Positions 32,161-41,165 of a stretch of 64,000 nt of DNA are shown one piece after another (position 1 is the first letter of the stretch; each line of letters opens with the position of its first letter). Under the pieces are notes generated by a model. That model worked only from the letters and a program-made list of their open reading frames with translations, searched no databases and had not been told where the DNA came from. Made by a program: the position numbers and the translations under genes. Location: positions 5,390-69,389 of the forward strand of contig VBBY01000002.1 in the NCBI GenBank assembly GCA_005881595.1, given 5' to 3'. Source of the DNA: Betaproteobacteria bacterium. Lineage in GTDB: Bacteria > Pseudomonadota > Gammaproteobacteria > Burkholderiales > SG8-39.

Positions 32161-32789
32161 TGGCAGAATTCAAGCTTTACTGCTTCGCCCAGTCGGGCAA
32201 CGCGTTCAAGGTCGCGCTCATGCTCAACCTGTGCGCTGCCAAGTGGGAGCCGCGGTGGGTGGATTTCTTTGGCGGCGAGACCCGGACGCCCGAGTACCGC
32301 GCGGTCAACGAAATGGGCGAGGTGCCGGTGCTCGAGCATCGCGGCAAGCGCCTCAGCCAGTCGGGCGTGATCCTGCATTACCTTGCCGCGCACTTCGGCA
32401 AATTCGCCGGCGGCAACGACGACGAGCGACGCGAGATCCTGCGCTGGATGCTCTGGGACAACCACAAGCTCACCAGCTACATTGCCACGCTGCGCTACAT
32501 GGTGCACCTGGCGAAAGTCGGCGAGCCTCAAGTGCACGACTTCCTGCGCGGGCGCATGAAGACCTCGCTGGGCATCCTGGATTCTCACTTGCAGAATAGA
32601 AGCTTCGCTATCGGCGACAGGCCGACCATTGCCGATCTGTCCTTGTGCGGCTATCTCTACTGGCCAGATGAGTTCGGCATCAGCTGGCCGGATTACCCGG
32701 GTGTCGACGCCTGGCTGGAGCGCATACGCGCGCTTCCCGGCTGGGTGCACCCTTATGAGCTGATGCCCGGGCATCCAAGAAAGGGGTGA
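32160..32789 (+). CDS. Glutathione S-transferase family protein
   Basis: MAEFKLYCFAQSGNAFKVALML... has a thioredoxin-like N-domain (EVPVLEHRGKRLSQSGVIL) and an alpha-helical C-domain. The ATG overlaps the ilvD-family stop by 1 nt (TGATG). Confidence 0.85.
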   Translation: MAEFKLYCFAQSGNAFKVALMLNLCAAKWEPRWVDFFGGETRTPEYRAVNEMGEVPVLEHRGKRLSQSGVILHYLAAHFGKFAGGNDDERREILRWMLWDNHKLTSYIATLRYMVHLAKVGEPQVHDFLRGRMKTSLGILDSHLQNRSFAIGDRPTIADLSLCGYLYWPDEFGISWPDYPGVDAWLERIRALPGWVHPYELMPGHPRKG

Positions 32790-32855
32790 ATCATGCCGCA
32801 AGAATTGATCGGCGTGGCCGCTAATTTCCTATCGCTTGTTGCGCTCGGCTAACCC

Positions 32856-34133
32856 ATGTATCAAGCAGAAACCCCGGCCGATTTACTCAAAAAAAAACGC
32901 AAACTTCCCGGCTCGCGCAGCAGTTGGACGCGTGTAGCGTCCACTGTCTTTCTGCTTGGGACGACGAGCCTACTCACCGATATTTCCTCTGAAATGGTGA
33001 GCGCGATGCTGCCGCTCTATTTGCTGGTGGCGCTACGCTTCTCGCCCTTTCAAGTGGGCGTGATGGATGGCCTCTATCAAGGCGCAACCGTGTTGGTCAG
33101 GGTGATGAGCGGACTGGTGGCGGATCGTTGGCGGCGACCCAAACAGGTCGCCGCAGTCGGCTATGGGTTATCGGCCGTTTGTAAGCTGGGACTTCTGATT
33201 GCGAGCAGCAGTTGGACTGCGATAGCCGGTGTGATGTTGTTGGATCGCGTTGGCAAAGGCATTCGCACTGCCCCGCGCGATGCCATGATCGCCGCTAGCA
33301 GTCAACCGGAGCAATTGGCTACGGCCTTTGGGGTGCACCGCGCCATGGACACGGCCGGCGCCATGATTGGTCCGCTGCTTGCTGTCGCGATTTTGAGCAT
33401 CGCCCCCGAACAATATGATGCCATTTTTGTCGTCAGTTTCTGTGTGGCCCTGATCGGACTGGCCGTGATCGTGCTGTTTGTCGACAATCCCGCGGACAGG
33501 GCAGTTGACGAATCGGAAGATGGCTCATCAGTCAGCCAAGCCGCTGTATCCTTGCGCAGCATGATCGCGTTGCTCTGGCAAGCCGAGTTTCGCACTTTGA
33601 TCATCGTCGGCAGCGCCTTGGCACTTGTTACAGTGAGTGACAGCCTCCTCTACCTCGTACTTCGGCAGCGCATGACGATTCCCAATGGCTTGTTCCCATT
33701 GCTCTACGTTGTCACCGCGCTGATGTTCATGATTTTCGCGATTCCGGCGGGCTGGCTTGCTGATCGCATTGGGCACAAGCCGGTTTTTTTTCTCGGCTAT
33801 GGACTGCTGGCAGGAGCCTACGGCATACTTTTAGTGCTGCAGATGAATTATCTAACTGCGGTTCTGATGTTGATTTTGTTGGGCTCGTATTACGCTGCCA
33901 CAGATGGAGTGTTCATGGCGATGGCGACTCGTGTGTTGCCAACGCATCTGCGCACCACAGGGTTGGCGCTGTTAACCACCGGGACAGGATTGGCGCGTTT
34001 GCTTGCTTCAACTCTGTATGGAATCGTCTGGAGTTGGTTTGGCGCTGAACGGGCATTGATGATCTTTATTGGTGGTCTGGTCGCGGTATTGTTGCTCGCC
34101 TGGCCCACCGTCCAGCGAGTTCTGGAGAACTGA
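32856..34133 (+). CDS. MFS transporter
   Basis: 425 aa with about 12 TM segments and an MFS loop motif (GLVADRWRRPKQV). The DNA is visibly AT-richer than the flanks. Confidence 0.85.
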   Translation: MYQAETPADLLKKKRKLPGSRSSWTRVASTVFLLGTTSLLTDISSEMVSAMLPLYLLVALRFSPFQVGVMDGLYQGATVLVRVMSGLVADRWRRPKQVAAVGYGLSAVCKLGLLIASSSWTAIAGVMLLDRVGKGIRTAPRDAMIAASSQPEQLATAFGVHRAMDTAGAMIGPLLAVAILSIAPEQYDAIFVVSFCVALIGLAVIVLFVDNPADRAVDESEDGSSVSQAAVSLRSMIALLWQAEFRTLIIVGSALALVTVSDSLLYLVLRQRMTIPNGLFPLLYVVTALMFMIFAIPAGWLADRIGHKPVFFLGYGLLAGAYGILLVLQMNYLTAVLMLILLGSYYAATDGVFMAMATRVLPTHLRTTGLALLTTGTGLARLLASTLYGIVWSWFGAERALMIFIGGLVAVLLLAWPTVQRVLEN

Positions 34134-34140
34134 GCGGGCA

Positions 34141-35298
34141 ATGTCAGCGTCATCCAACAACGTAAAGAAGCTGGTCTTTTTGCTGATTACGTTGCTATGT
34201 GTCGTTGTCGCCGTGCTTTACACTCGTTTCGCCGCCCGCACAGCCAATGTAACGGTGGGCAACCTCGCATCTGCGCCGACCGTCCAATCGCTGTCCGTTG
34301 TGCCGTTAGGTTCGCCATCGGCTAACCCTCCGGCTCATTCGCAGCGTGAGCCACTGCAACGGCCATTGGTTTCGCCGTTAGCTTCCAGATCGGATAACCC
34401 TGCCCCTCCATCGCATGAGCTAGGAGGGCAAAGCCAGGCAAAACCGCATTTGGTAGCGTTGAACTTGCGCGACTCGGCTGAGCTGGGCAAGGTGACGCTT
34501 TCAGCCCTGGACGCGGTCGACGGGCCCAGGACCACGATAAATCTGCGCTGTGAGAAAATCTATTTTGCTGCCGACAAAGGAATTTGTCTAAGCCGCGAGA
34601 TTCGCGGGTTCAGTGCACGGACTGTCGCCACCCTGGTCGACGCAAACTTTCAGCCTCTATCCAGCGTGCGCACTGATGGCATCCCGACGCGCGCCCGCAT
34701 CTCGCCAGACGGTCGCTATGCTGCGTTCACCGTCTTTGTCAGCGGCCACTCCTACGCCGATGCTCAGATGTCAACCGCCACTTTGCTGTTGGATGCAGCA
34801 GCAGGCGCCAGCCTTGGCAACCTAGAGGAATTCAAAGTGCTGCAAGATGGCAATGTCATTAAGTCGCTCGACTTCAACTACTGGGGCGTCACGTTTCAAC
34901 ACGACAGCAACTTCTTCTATGCGACCCTGCGGACGGGCGGGGTGAATTACTTGGTGCATGGCGATATCAAGGCCAAGACAGTTACAGTCACGTACAGAGG
35001 CGTCGAGTGTCCCTCGCTGTCGCCCGATGAGTCGCGCATCGCCTTCAAAAAGATGATCTCGCGCGGCAACTGGCGCTTGACTGTCCTTAATTTGACCACC
35101 TTTGAGGAAATTCCGTTAGCGGAAACAAGAAGCGTGGACGATCAAGCGGAATGGCTGGACAACGACCACGTTCTATACACCCGGCTCGAACCCGCTGCGC
35201 CACCGCCTGGGATGAGCATTATGGTTGTGTCTGCAGATGGCAGCGGTCAGGCGAAGCTGTTTGCCAAAGGCGCGGCGTCACCAGCCGTGGTTCGATGA
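34141..35298 (+). CDS. Membrane-anchored TolB-like (PD40 beta-propeller repeat) protein
   Basis: MSASSNNVKKLVFLLITLLCVVVAVLY is an N-terminal anchor. A Pro/Ser-rich linker follows, then PD40-type repeats (RISPDGRYAAF, SLSPDESRIAF). ATG 34141 lies 8 nt after the MFS stop. Confidence 0.7.
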   Translation: MSASSNNVKKLVFLLITLLCVVVAVLYTRFAARTANVTVGNLASAPTVQSLSVVPLGSPSANPPAHSQREPLQRPLVSPLASRSDNPAPPSHELGGQSQAKPHLVALNLRDSAELGKVTLSALDAVDGPRTTINLRCEKIYFAADKGICLSREIRGFSARTVATLVDANFQPLSSVRTDGIPTRARISPDGRYAAFTVFVSGHSYADAQMSTATLLLDAAAGASLGNLEEFKVLQDGNVIKSLDFNYWGVTFQHDSNFFYATLRTGGVNYLVHGDIKAKTVTVTYRGVECPSLSPDESRIAFKKMISRGNWRLTVLNLTTFEEIPLAETRSVDDQAEWLDNDHVLYTRLEPAAPPPGMSIMVVSADGSGQAKLFAKGAASPAVVR

Positions 35299-35425
35299 CG
35301 ACCGACGATTCAGCAATTCCTCTTGTAGGTTTATAAGCCGTTGGAATTAATGGCGATCGCCTGGTCATTAGAATGGGCGACGGTTCGCCGTCGAGGAAAG
35401 TTCGATCACAAAGAGGGGGTATTTC

Positions 35426-38400
35426 GTGAAACAAATAAAAGCTTCGACGATCCCTGTTCGCTTGATATCGTTGCTCGCGTGCGCGGCGCTCGTTGGGGGC
35501 GCAGCCTACGTGGGCGCCGATGACAGAGATGACGATCGAGATGCACGAGAGCATGAACATCACGGTCGAGATGCACACAAACTCGGTTTCGCGGGACCGG
35601 AGAACCAGAACGAGCTCTCGCGTCCGACCAATGACATCACCCTCGAGATGCACGAGGGCACGAACATGGCGGCGTCGCCATCGCCGGATGGCACAAAGAT
35701 GGTCTTGTCGCTCCAAGGCGGTTTATGGACCGTCCACGCGGGCGGCGGCACGGCGACGAAGATCACGCCGTGGGACGTCGAGGCGACGCAGCCCGTGTGG
35801 TCGCCCGACGGCCGGTGGATCGCATTCCAGAACTATTCGACGGATGCAAACTACGCGATCTGGGTCGTGAAGTCCGACGGGTCGCAACTGCACCCGCTGA
35901 CGAGCGGTCCTTTCGACGACCGCGAGCCGTCGTGGTACCCGGACTCGACCAAGGTCATCTTCTCGTCGGATCGAAGCAACGACAAGCAATACAAGATCTG
36001 GTCGGTGACGCTCGGCGGCGTGCTTAAGCAGCTCACGACGGGCACGGGCGCGGAGAGCTACCCCGTCGTCTCGCCCGACGGCACCAAGATCGCGTTCGTC
36101 AACAACGGCGACACGATCTTCACGCTGCCTGCCAACCTGAGCTCGGCGCCGACGCGGTTTGGCGGCGGCAACTATCCGCAGTGGACGCCGAACAGCGCGA
36201 ACCTCGTGTACCAGAACGGCGGCAATCTCATCGTGAACGGCAGCGCGGTCACGAGCGGCGAGGACCTATTCCCGTTCCCGGTGCAGTACATGGGTCAGAA
36301 CAAGTTCGTCTATACAGCGGACGGCAAGATTCGCACGCGCGACGCCACTGGCGGCAACCTGCAGGACATGGCATTCAGCGCGACGCAGGTCGTACGTCGG
36401 CCAAAGTTTACGCGATCCATGATCCGGTCTAGCTTGGGCGCGACGGAAACCCAGCGCGTGAAGGGCATCAACGGCGCCGTCATCTCGCCTGACGGTCAGC
36501 GGGTCGCGTTCATCGCGCTGAACGACCTATGGGTCATGAAGATCGGCTCGGCGCCGGAGCGTCTCACCAACGACATCGACCGCGACGTCGACCCGCGCTG
36601 GACCGCCGACGGCCAATTCATCTACTGGTCTAGCGACAAGAACAACGCCGGAAGCCTCGCCGTCGACAAGATCGACATCGTCACCAAGCGGCGCACGCGC
36701 GTTGCGGCGATCGAGAGCGTTTCGATGATCCAGCCGACGCTGTCGCCAGACGGGAACCGCTTTGCCTATACGACCGGTTCGGGTCTCACCGAGGTTATGG
36801 ACATCGCGACGCGCACACGCACGGCGCTCGTCCCGCAGGTTTCGCCGCAACCGCAGGTGAGCCGGCCGTTCTGGTCGCGCGACGGCAGCAAGCTCATGGT
36901 CGTCGACAACGAGCGCATCAATCCCCGGTTCCGCGAGGGTTACAACAAGCTGCGCGTCATCGACATCGCCACCAAGACCGCCACGTTCTACGCGGTCGGG
37001 CCCGCGCCGGCGGTGGTCTCCGACCGCACGGAAGGCGCAGCCGCGTGGTCGCCCGACGGCACGAAGGTCGCTTTCATCAGCGACTCGGTGCTCAAGGTCA
37101 TGCCCACCAACGCTGACGGCTCGCCCTCCGGTGCCGCCGTGCAGCTCACGAGCGAAGCGTCCGACATGCCGTCATGGCAGGCCGATTCCCAGACGCTCCT
37201 GTACATGGCGAGCGGCAAGCTGAAGAAGATAAAGGCGGACGGAACAGGGCAGGAGGACGTCCCGCTCCACCTGAGCTACAAGCCGGCCGCGCCGAAGGGC
37301 AGGACCGTCATCCACGCGGGCGCGCTCTGGAACGGTCTCGATCCGGTGCTGCAGCGCAACGTCGACATCGTCATCCAGGACAACAGGATCATCTCGATCG
37401 AGCCGCAGAAAAACCGTTCGCAGCCGCCGGGGACGACGATCATCGACGCCTCCAACCAGACGGTGCTGCCGGGCTACTGGGATCCGCACTTCCATCCGCT
37501 GAACGTCTACCAGGGCAGCCAGTTCAACTTGGTGTGGGCGGCGATGTTCGCGTACGGGATCACCTCGGTGCAGTCGGTGGCCGGCCCGATCTACGCGAGC
37601 ACGGAGATCCGCGAGGCGCTCGACGCCGGCAACATGGTCGGCCCGCGGCTCTTCACGTCATCGCCGCTCCTCGAAGGCAATCGGGTGTCGTATGACATGT
37701 CGCGCTCGGTGCGGAACGCCGAGGTGGCGGACCGCGAGGTCAGCCGCTATGCCGCAGTCGATATCGACTGGATCAAGACGTATGTGCGCAACCCGATCCC
37801 GGCGATGAGGCGGTTGGCGGCGGGCGCGCACAAGATGGGCATCCCGAGCGGTACGCACCTTTTGAGTCCAGGGTACTGGACCGGTATCCAGGGCCTCACG
37901 CACCTGCAGGCGACGCAGCGGGTGGGGTACGGCTGGGCGAAGTCGCCCGCAGGCGTTGCCTATCAGGACGTGAATGCGCTCGTCGGCCCCGGCGAGGTGC
38001 ACCTCATGGAGACGCTGGGGTCGATCCGGCTCGCCGCGCAAAGTCCCATCCTTCTGAGCGGTGACCGCTTCAACGTGCTGATGCCGATCCCGTACGTGGG
38101 CAACCTGCTGTCGCAGACCCCGCCCACGCCGGCGCAGCTCGCGACGCTCAAGGTGGCCACCGACGACGACGCGCGGGCGATCGAAGCAGGCGCGCTCTTC
38201 GCCATCGGCACGGACGTGCCGCTCAACCCGCCGGGCGTCCAGAACCACGCGAGCCTGATGGCGCTGGGCCTCAGCATGTCGAATCACCAGGCGCTCCAGG
38301 CCATGACGATCAACGCGGCCAAGATGAGCTTCAAAGACAGGGATCTGGGCAGCGTCGAGAAAGGCAAGCTGGCGGACCTGGTGATCGTCGACGGCAATCC

Positions 38401-38605
38401 GCTCGACGACCTCAAGTACGCCGCCGCGGTACGTTACGTCGTGAAGAACGGCGTCGCGTACTCGCTGGACTTGATCATGGCGCCGTTCAAGTCCTCGGCT
38501 CAGCTCGCCGCGCGTCGCAACGCTCTCGTCGCATTCGAGAAGGCCTGCAAGCAGGACGCGAGCAACTGCTACGTCGAGATGAGCCAGATTTGTGCTGGAA
38601 ACTGA
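35426..38605 (+). CDS. Secreted multidomain protein: about 11 PD40 repeats (two TolB-like propellers) fused to a C-terminal amidohydrolase-superfamily domain
   Basis: Signal peptide, then an Asp/His-rich stretch (DDRDDDRDAREHEHHGRDAH). Repeated SPDG motifs follow (SPDGTKM, SPDGRWIAF, SPDGTKIAF, SPDGQRVAF, SPDGNRFAY, SPDGTKVAF...). The C-terminal domain has LPGYWDPHFHP (HxH metal motif) and GSVEKGKLADLVIVDGNPL. GTG start has an AGAGGGGG Shine-Dalgarno. Confidence 0.82.
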   Translation: MKQIKASTIPVRLISLLACAALVGGAAYVGADDRDDDRDAREHEHHGRDAHKLGFAGPENQNELSRPTNDITLEMHEGTNMAASPSPDGTKMVLSLQGGLWTVHAGGGTATKITPWDVEATQPVWSPDGRWIAFQNYSTDANYAIWVVKSDGSQLHPLTSGPFDDREPSWYPDSTKVIFSSDRSNDKQYKIWSVTLGGVLKQLTTGTGAESYPVVSPDGTKIAFVNNGDTIFTLPANLSSAPTRFGGGNYPQWTPNSANLVYQNGGNLIVNGSAVTSGEDLFPFPVQYMGQNKFVYTADGKIRTRDATGGNLQDMAFSATQVVRRPKFTRSMIRSSLGATETQRVKGINGAVISPDGQRVAFIALNDLWVMKIGSAPERLTNDIDRDVDPRWTADGQFIYWSSDKNNAGSLAVDKIDIVTKRRTRVAAIESVSMIQPTLSPDGNRFAYTTGSGLTEVMDIATRTRTALVPQVSPQPQVSRPFWSRDGSKLMVVDNERINPRFREGYNKLRVIDIATKTATFYAVGPAPAVVSDRTEGAAAWSPDGTKVAFISDSVLKVMPTNADGSPSGAAVQLTSEASDMPSWQADSQTLLYMASGKLKKIKADGTGQEDVPLHLSYKPAAPKGRTVIHAGALWNGLDPVLQRNVDIVIQDNRIISIEPQKNRSQPPGTTIIDASNQTVLPGYWDPHFHPLNVYQGSQFNLVWAAMFAYGITSVQSVAGPIYASTEIREALDAGNMVGPRLFTSSPLLEGNRVSYDMSRSVRNAEVADREVSRYAAVDIDWIKTYVRNPIPAMRRLAAGAHKMGIPSGTHLLSPGYWTGIQGLTHLQATQRVGYGWAKSPAGVAYQDVNALVGPGEVHLMETLGSIRLAAQSPILLSGDRFNVLMPIPYVGNLLSQTPPTPAQLATLKVATDDDARAIEAGALFAIGTDVPLNPPGVQNHASLMALGLSMSNHQALQAMTINAAKMSFKDRDLGSVEKGKLADLVIVDGNPLDDLKYAAAVRYVVKNGVAYSLDLIMAPFKSSAQLAARRNALVAFEKACKQDASNCYVEMSQICAGN

Positions 38606-38634
38606 GGCGCGTTAACCGCGATCCGACGAAAAAG

Positions 38635-38670
38635 GCCCGCCGATCCAAGCTTTAGTCGGCGGGCTTTTCG
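38635..38670. terminator. Bidirectional rho-independent terminator between convergent genes
   Basis: gcccgccga (38635-43) pairs with tcggcgggc (38656-64). It is flanked by aaaa on the left and ttttcg on the right. Confidence 0.7.
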
Positions 38671-38716
38671 CTTGGGCCTCGCGCTCCGGCGTTACCTCCG
38701 GGCCGCAGAAGGGGTT

Positions 38717-39232
38717 TCATTTCTTCCATTTGATGGAGCAGCCGATCGACGCGATCTGCTCCTTCGGGCCGATGCCGGTGTTGGCGATCTGCACCATCGC
38801 CTCAAACAGCTCGCGGCGCGCGTTCGGCACCGGATCGCGGCGCGAGGCGTCGAGCCGGCCGCGGTACTGCAGCTCGAGCCCGGCATTGAAGCCGAAGAAA
38901 TCCGGCGTGCACGCCGCGCCATAGGCGCGCGCCACATCCTGCGTCTCGTCGAGAAGGTACTGAAACGGAAACCTTTTCTCGCGGGCGATGCGCTTCATGT
39001 TCTCGAAGGAGTCCTCCGGATACTCGGTGGGATCGTTCGACATCACGGCTACAGAGGCGACCCCTTGCGCCGAGAGCTCCCTGCAGTCGCGGATAATGCG
39101 GTCGATCACCGCCTTGACGTACGGACAATGGTTGCAGATGAACATCACCACCAGCCCTTTCGGGCCGCGCACGGCGGCGAGGTCGTGGCGCTTGCCGTCG
39201 ACGCCCGGCAGATCGAAGTCTGGCGCCTGCAT
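38717..39232 (-). CDS. Thioredoxin-fold protein (AhpC/TSA-like, CxxC)
   Basis: MQAPDFDLPGVDGKRHDL...VVMFICNHCPYV (CxxC). 171 aa. Confidence 0.85.
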   Translation of the reverse strand: MQAPDFDLPGVDGKRHDLAAVRGPKGLVVMFICNHCPYVKAVIDRIIRDCRELSAQGVASVAVMSNDPTEYPEDSFENMKRIAREKRFPFQYLLDETQDVARAYGAACTPDFFGFNAGLELQYRGRLDASRRDPVPNARRELFEAMVQIANTGIGPKEQIASIGCSIKWKK

Positions 39233-39275
39233 GCAAAGATCGTAACATGAAGGATACCGTCGCCCGCGCCCCGCG
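39215..39275. repeat. Direct repeat copy A (61 bp), containing the trx-like start codon and a 10-codon vestige of the rsmE 5' end
   Basis: Manual alignment to 43689..43749 gives 51/61 identical positions without gaps. It contains atgaaggataccgtcgcccgcgccccgcggtga, which encodes MKDTVARAPR-stop, compared with the rsmE N-terminus MKDTAARAPRFYV. Confidence 0.8.
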
Positions 39276-39285
39276 GTGATGATCC

Positions 39286-40350
39286 TCAGTCATCCGAATG
39301 ATCACGATAACCGCTCTTTTTCATCCAGCTCGGCACTGGCGGCGTCGGCACGCGCGCCGGCTTGGGAGCGACTCGCTGGACCGGAGTCACCGGAGTCGAC
39401 GCCGGAATCGAGGTAGGGACTTTGGAGCTCGCCGGATAGCTCGCCGGATTTTTGAGAACGCTATCGAGATTGCCGACCTTCATCGGATGCTGCTGCACCA
39501 TGGCCGCCACGGCAGCGGCGAGTTGATCGATTTCCCGCGATCCGATACGACGTAATTGTTGCCAAATCGCCGATCGATCCAACTGGTGGAAATCTTCGCG
39601 CACGAAGATCAGATTGTCGCCGGTATGAAAACGTTCCCATAGGGTGAGATCCCTCTCCAGCGCCGCCAGCGAGAGATAGATGACGAGAGCTGAAAACCGA
39701 TCGATCTCTTGGCCGTAGTCGCGCTCGCTACGTTCGGGATGTTGGTAGGCACGGTGGCCGAGCTCCGTGGCGTTGCGGCCCTTTAAGGCCGGTACCCACG
39801 TGCCGTCGTAGTCCACCAAATGGATCGATCCGCCGCGCACCAGGATATTACCGTGCTGTAAATCGCCGTGCGCCACCTGAGCGGCTTCGAGGTGGCGAAC
39901 TAGGGTGACCCATTTTGCCCGCAATGCCGCCAGTAATGCCGGAAAGCGTAAATGCTTCTCGATATGAGTGTGCAGAAGGTCGCCCTCCGCCCATTGCATC
40001 TTGACGATCGGGAACCAGTTGGAGCGAATTTGGATGCCCTGCTTGAGAAACTGAAAATTGACGTCATAGGGCAGGTGGACCTTGCGAAGATGTTTGGAGA
40101 TCGCCTCATAACGTTCGGCATGGTCGCTGATCGGGCGCAGGAAGCAGCGAATCGCCCAGGTCTTCTTGAATGATAAAAACCTGCCCGGTTCGCTGGCCTT
40201 GTAGACCACGGCGTTGCCGCCGGTGGCCGGCTTGGGCATACCGAACCGATCGAGCTCGAGGGTGACCGCTTTTAATCCCGGGTCAGCAAAGGCCCTTTGC
40301 GGGTGCTGAACCGCCTCATGGTATTCGGTCAGGTCTGGCCATGCCCCCAT
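39286..40350 (-). CDS. Ser/Thr protein-kinase-like protein with Pro-rich C-terminal tail (third gene of the vWA-PP2C-kinase triad)
   Basis: Gly-loop-like TGGNAVVYKA, catalytic loop HGDLQHGN, Mg-binding-loop-like LVDYDG and GHRAYQHPER. The beta3 position reads AIRCF (Arg). AAGGAG Shine-Dalgarno lies 9 nt upstream of the ATG, and the ATG is 2 nt after the PP2C stop. Confidence 0.75.
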   Translation of the reverse strand: MGAWPDLTEYHEAVQHPQRAFADPGLKAVTLELDRFGMPKPATGGNAVVYKASEPGRFLSFKKTWAIRCFLRPISDHAERYEAISKHLRKVHLPYDVNFQFLKQGIQIRSNWFPIVKMQWAEGDLLHTHIEKHLRFPALLAALRAKWVTLVRHLEAAQVAHGDLQHGNILVRGGSIHLVDYDGTWVPALKGRNATELGHRAYQHPERSERDYGQEIDRFSALVIYLSLAALERDLTLWERFHTGDNLIFVREDFHQLDRSAIWQQLRRIGSREIDQLAAAVAAMVQQHPMKVGNLDSVLKNPASYPASSKVPTSIPASTPVTPVQRVAPKPARVPTPPVPSWMKKSGYRDHSDD

Positions 40351-40352
40351 CG

Positions 40353-41138
40353 CTATCTCTCCTTCGCTTCAACCGGTGAACCGTGATGAATGACACGGAC
40401 GAGGGTAAAGTCGTCGTTGCGCAATCCATTTTTGCGGCCGTAGGCGACCATTGCGGCAAAGCTCTCTGGCGTACCGAGCTTCCGGTAAAGCCACTTCCAT
40501 AATGGCCGCCCCTCTTCATGCTGTCTAAGCAGCCAGGCGGCCACCGCATCGGTGGCGAGCAGAAGCATGTCTCCATCGCGCAGGCTGCCCTTGCTGATTT
40601 GTATCCGTTCGTTCAGTGATTCGCCGTCCGACCTGGAGCCGATGAGATAAGGGCTCATCGTGAATTGCGAAGATTTCTGTAAGGGAAACGCTTCCACCAC
40701 CCGCATCCCTTTACCGACGTCATCGACCTGCATAAGGCAACAGTCACCCACGGCCAGCGCCGTCCAACGGTTCTTGTGAGCGTCAATCTGAACACCGAGA
40801 AAAGCCGCAAAGGCGCCCTGCTCGGCCTTTTCGCTGGCGAACCAGGGGAGAGGTCGGCCCGCCAATCTTCGCCGCCAGAGGCGGCGCGCCGGCTTCAACC
40901 GCGCAAAAAACTCTGCCCCGGCGACCTCACTTCGCATATAGCTTTCGGCCAACAGCACTGCCCATAACTTGGCAAAACTGCTTTCGGTGGCGCCGTCAGC
41001 CACCGCCACGCGGATGCCGACCGGGGTGCGAGTTTGCCGATGCGCCCAGGCGTCCTCGTACTCCTCAAGACTGTTGCCCGACTTCGGGCAGCAGAAGACC
41101 TTTATGTCGCACTCGTTGGCCGCCGTGGCGTGCTTCAC
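40353..41138 (-). CDS. PP2C-family Ser/Thr protein phosphatase
   Basis: EEYEDAWA, VAVADGATES, AVGDCCLM, GDMLLLATDAV and NDDFTLV correspond to the metal-binding Asp motifs of PP2C. GTG start at 41138. Confidence 0.72.
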   Translation of the reverse strand: MKHATAANECDIKVFCCPKSGNSLEEYEDAWAHRQTRTPVGIRVAVADGATESSFAKLWAVLLAESYMRSEVAGAEFFARLKPARRLWRRRLAGRPLPWFASEKAEQGAFAAFLGVQIDAHKNRWTALAVGDCCLMQVDDVGKGMRVVEAFPLQKSSQFTMSPYLIGSRSDGESLNERIQISKGSLRDGDMLLLATDAVAAWLLRQHEEGRPLWKWLYRKLGTPESFAAMVAYGRKNGLRNDDFTLVRVIHHGSPVEAKER

Positions 41139-41165
41139 CGCAGGAGGTGCCCACTGCAGTGGTAC

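Noticed and set aside
35355-35393. GCGATCGC palindrome and a cgacgg-UUCG-ccgtcg hairpin in the leader of the propeller-amidohydrolase gene
   Set aside because: The stem is only 6 bp with no T-tract, and it occurs once. It may stabilise the mRNA, but there is no support for a riboswitch, terminator or repeat family within this window.
32790-35425. Search for direct repeats, att-like sites or mobility genes flanking the AT-rich MFS/TolB-like patch
   Set aside because: Only a weak resemblance was found (GAATTGATCGGCG against GAATTAATGGCGA), which is below anything I would trust. There is no integrase, transposase or tRNA nearby.
41153-41164. Perfect 12-nt palindrome CCACTGCAGTGG between the vWA stop and the PP2C start
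   Set aside because: It has no loop, so it cannot form a useful hairpin. It is a single occurrence and contains a PstI-type site. That is not enough to call an operator or restriction-modification-related feature.
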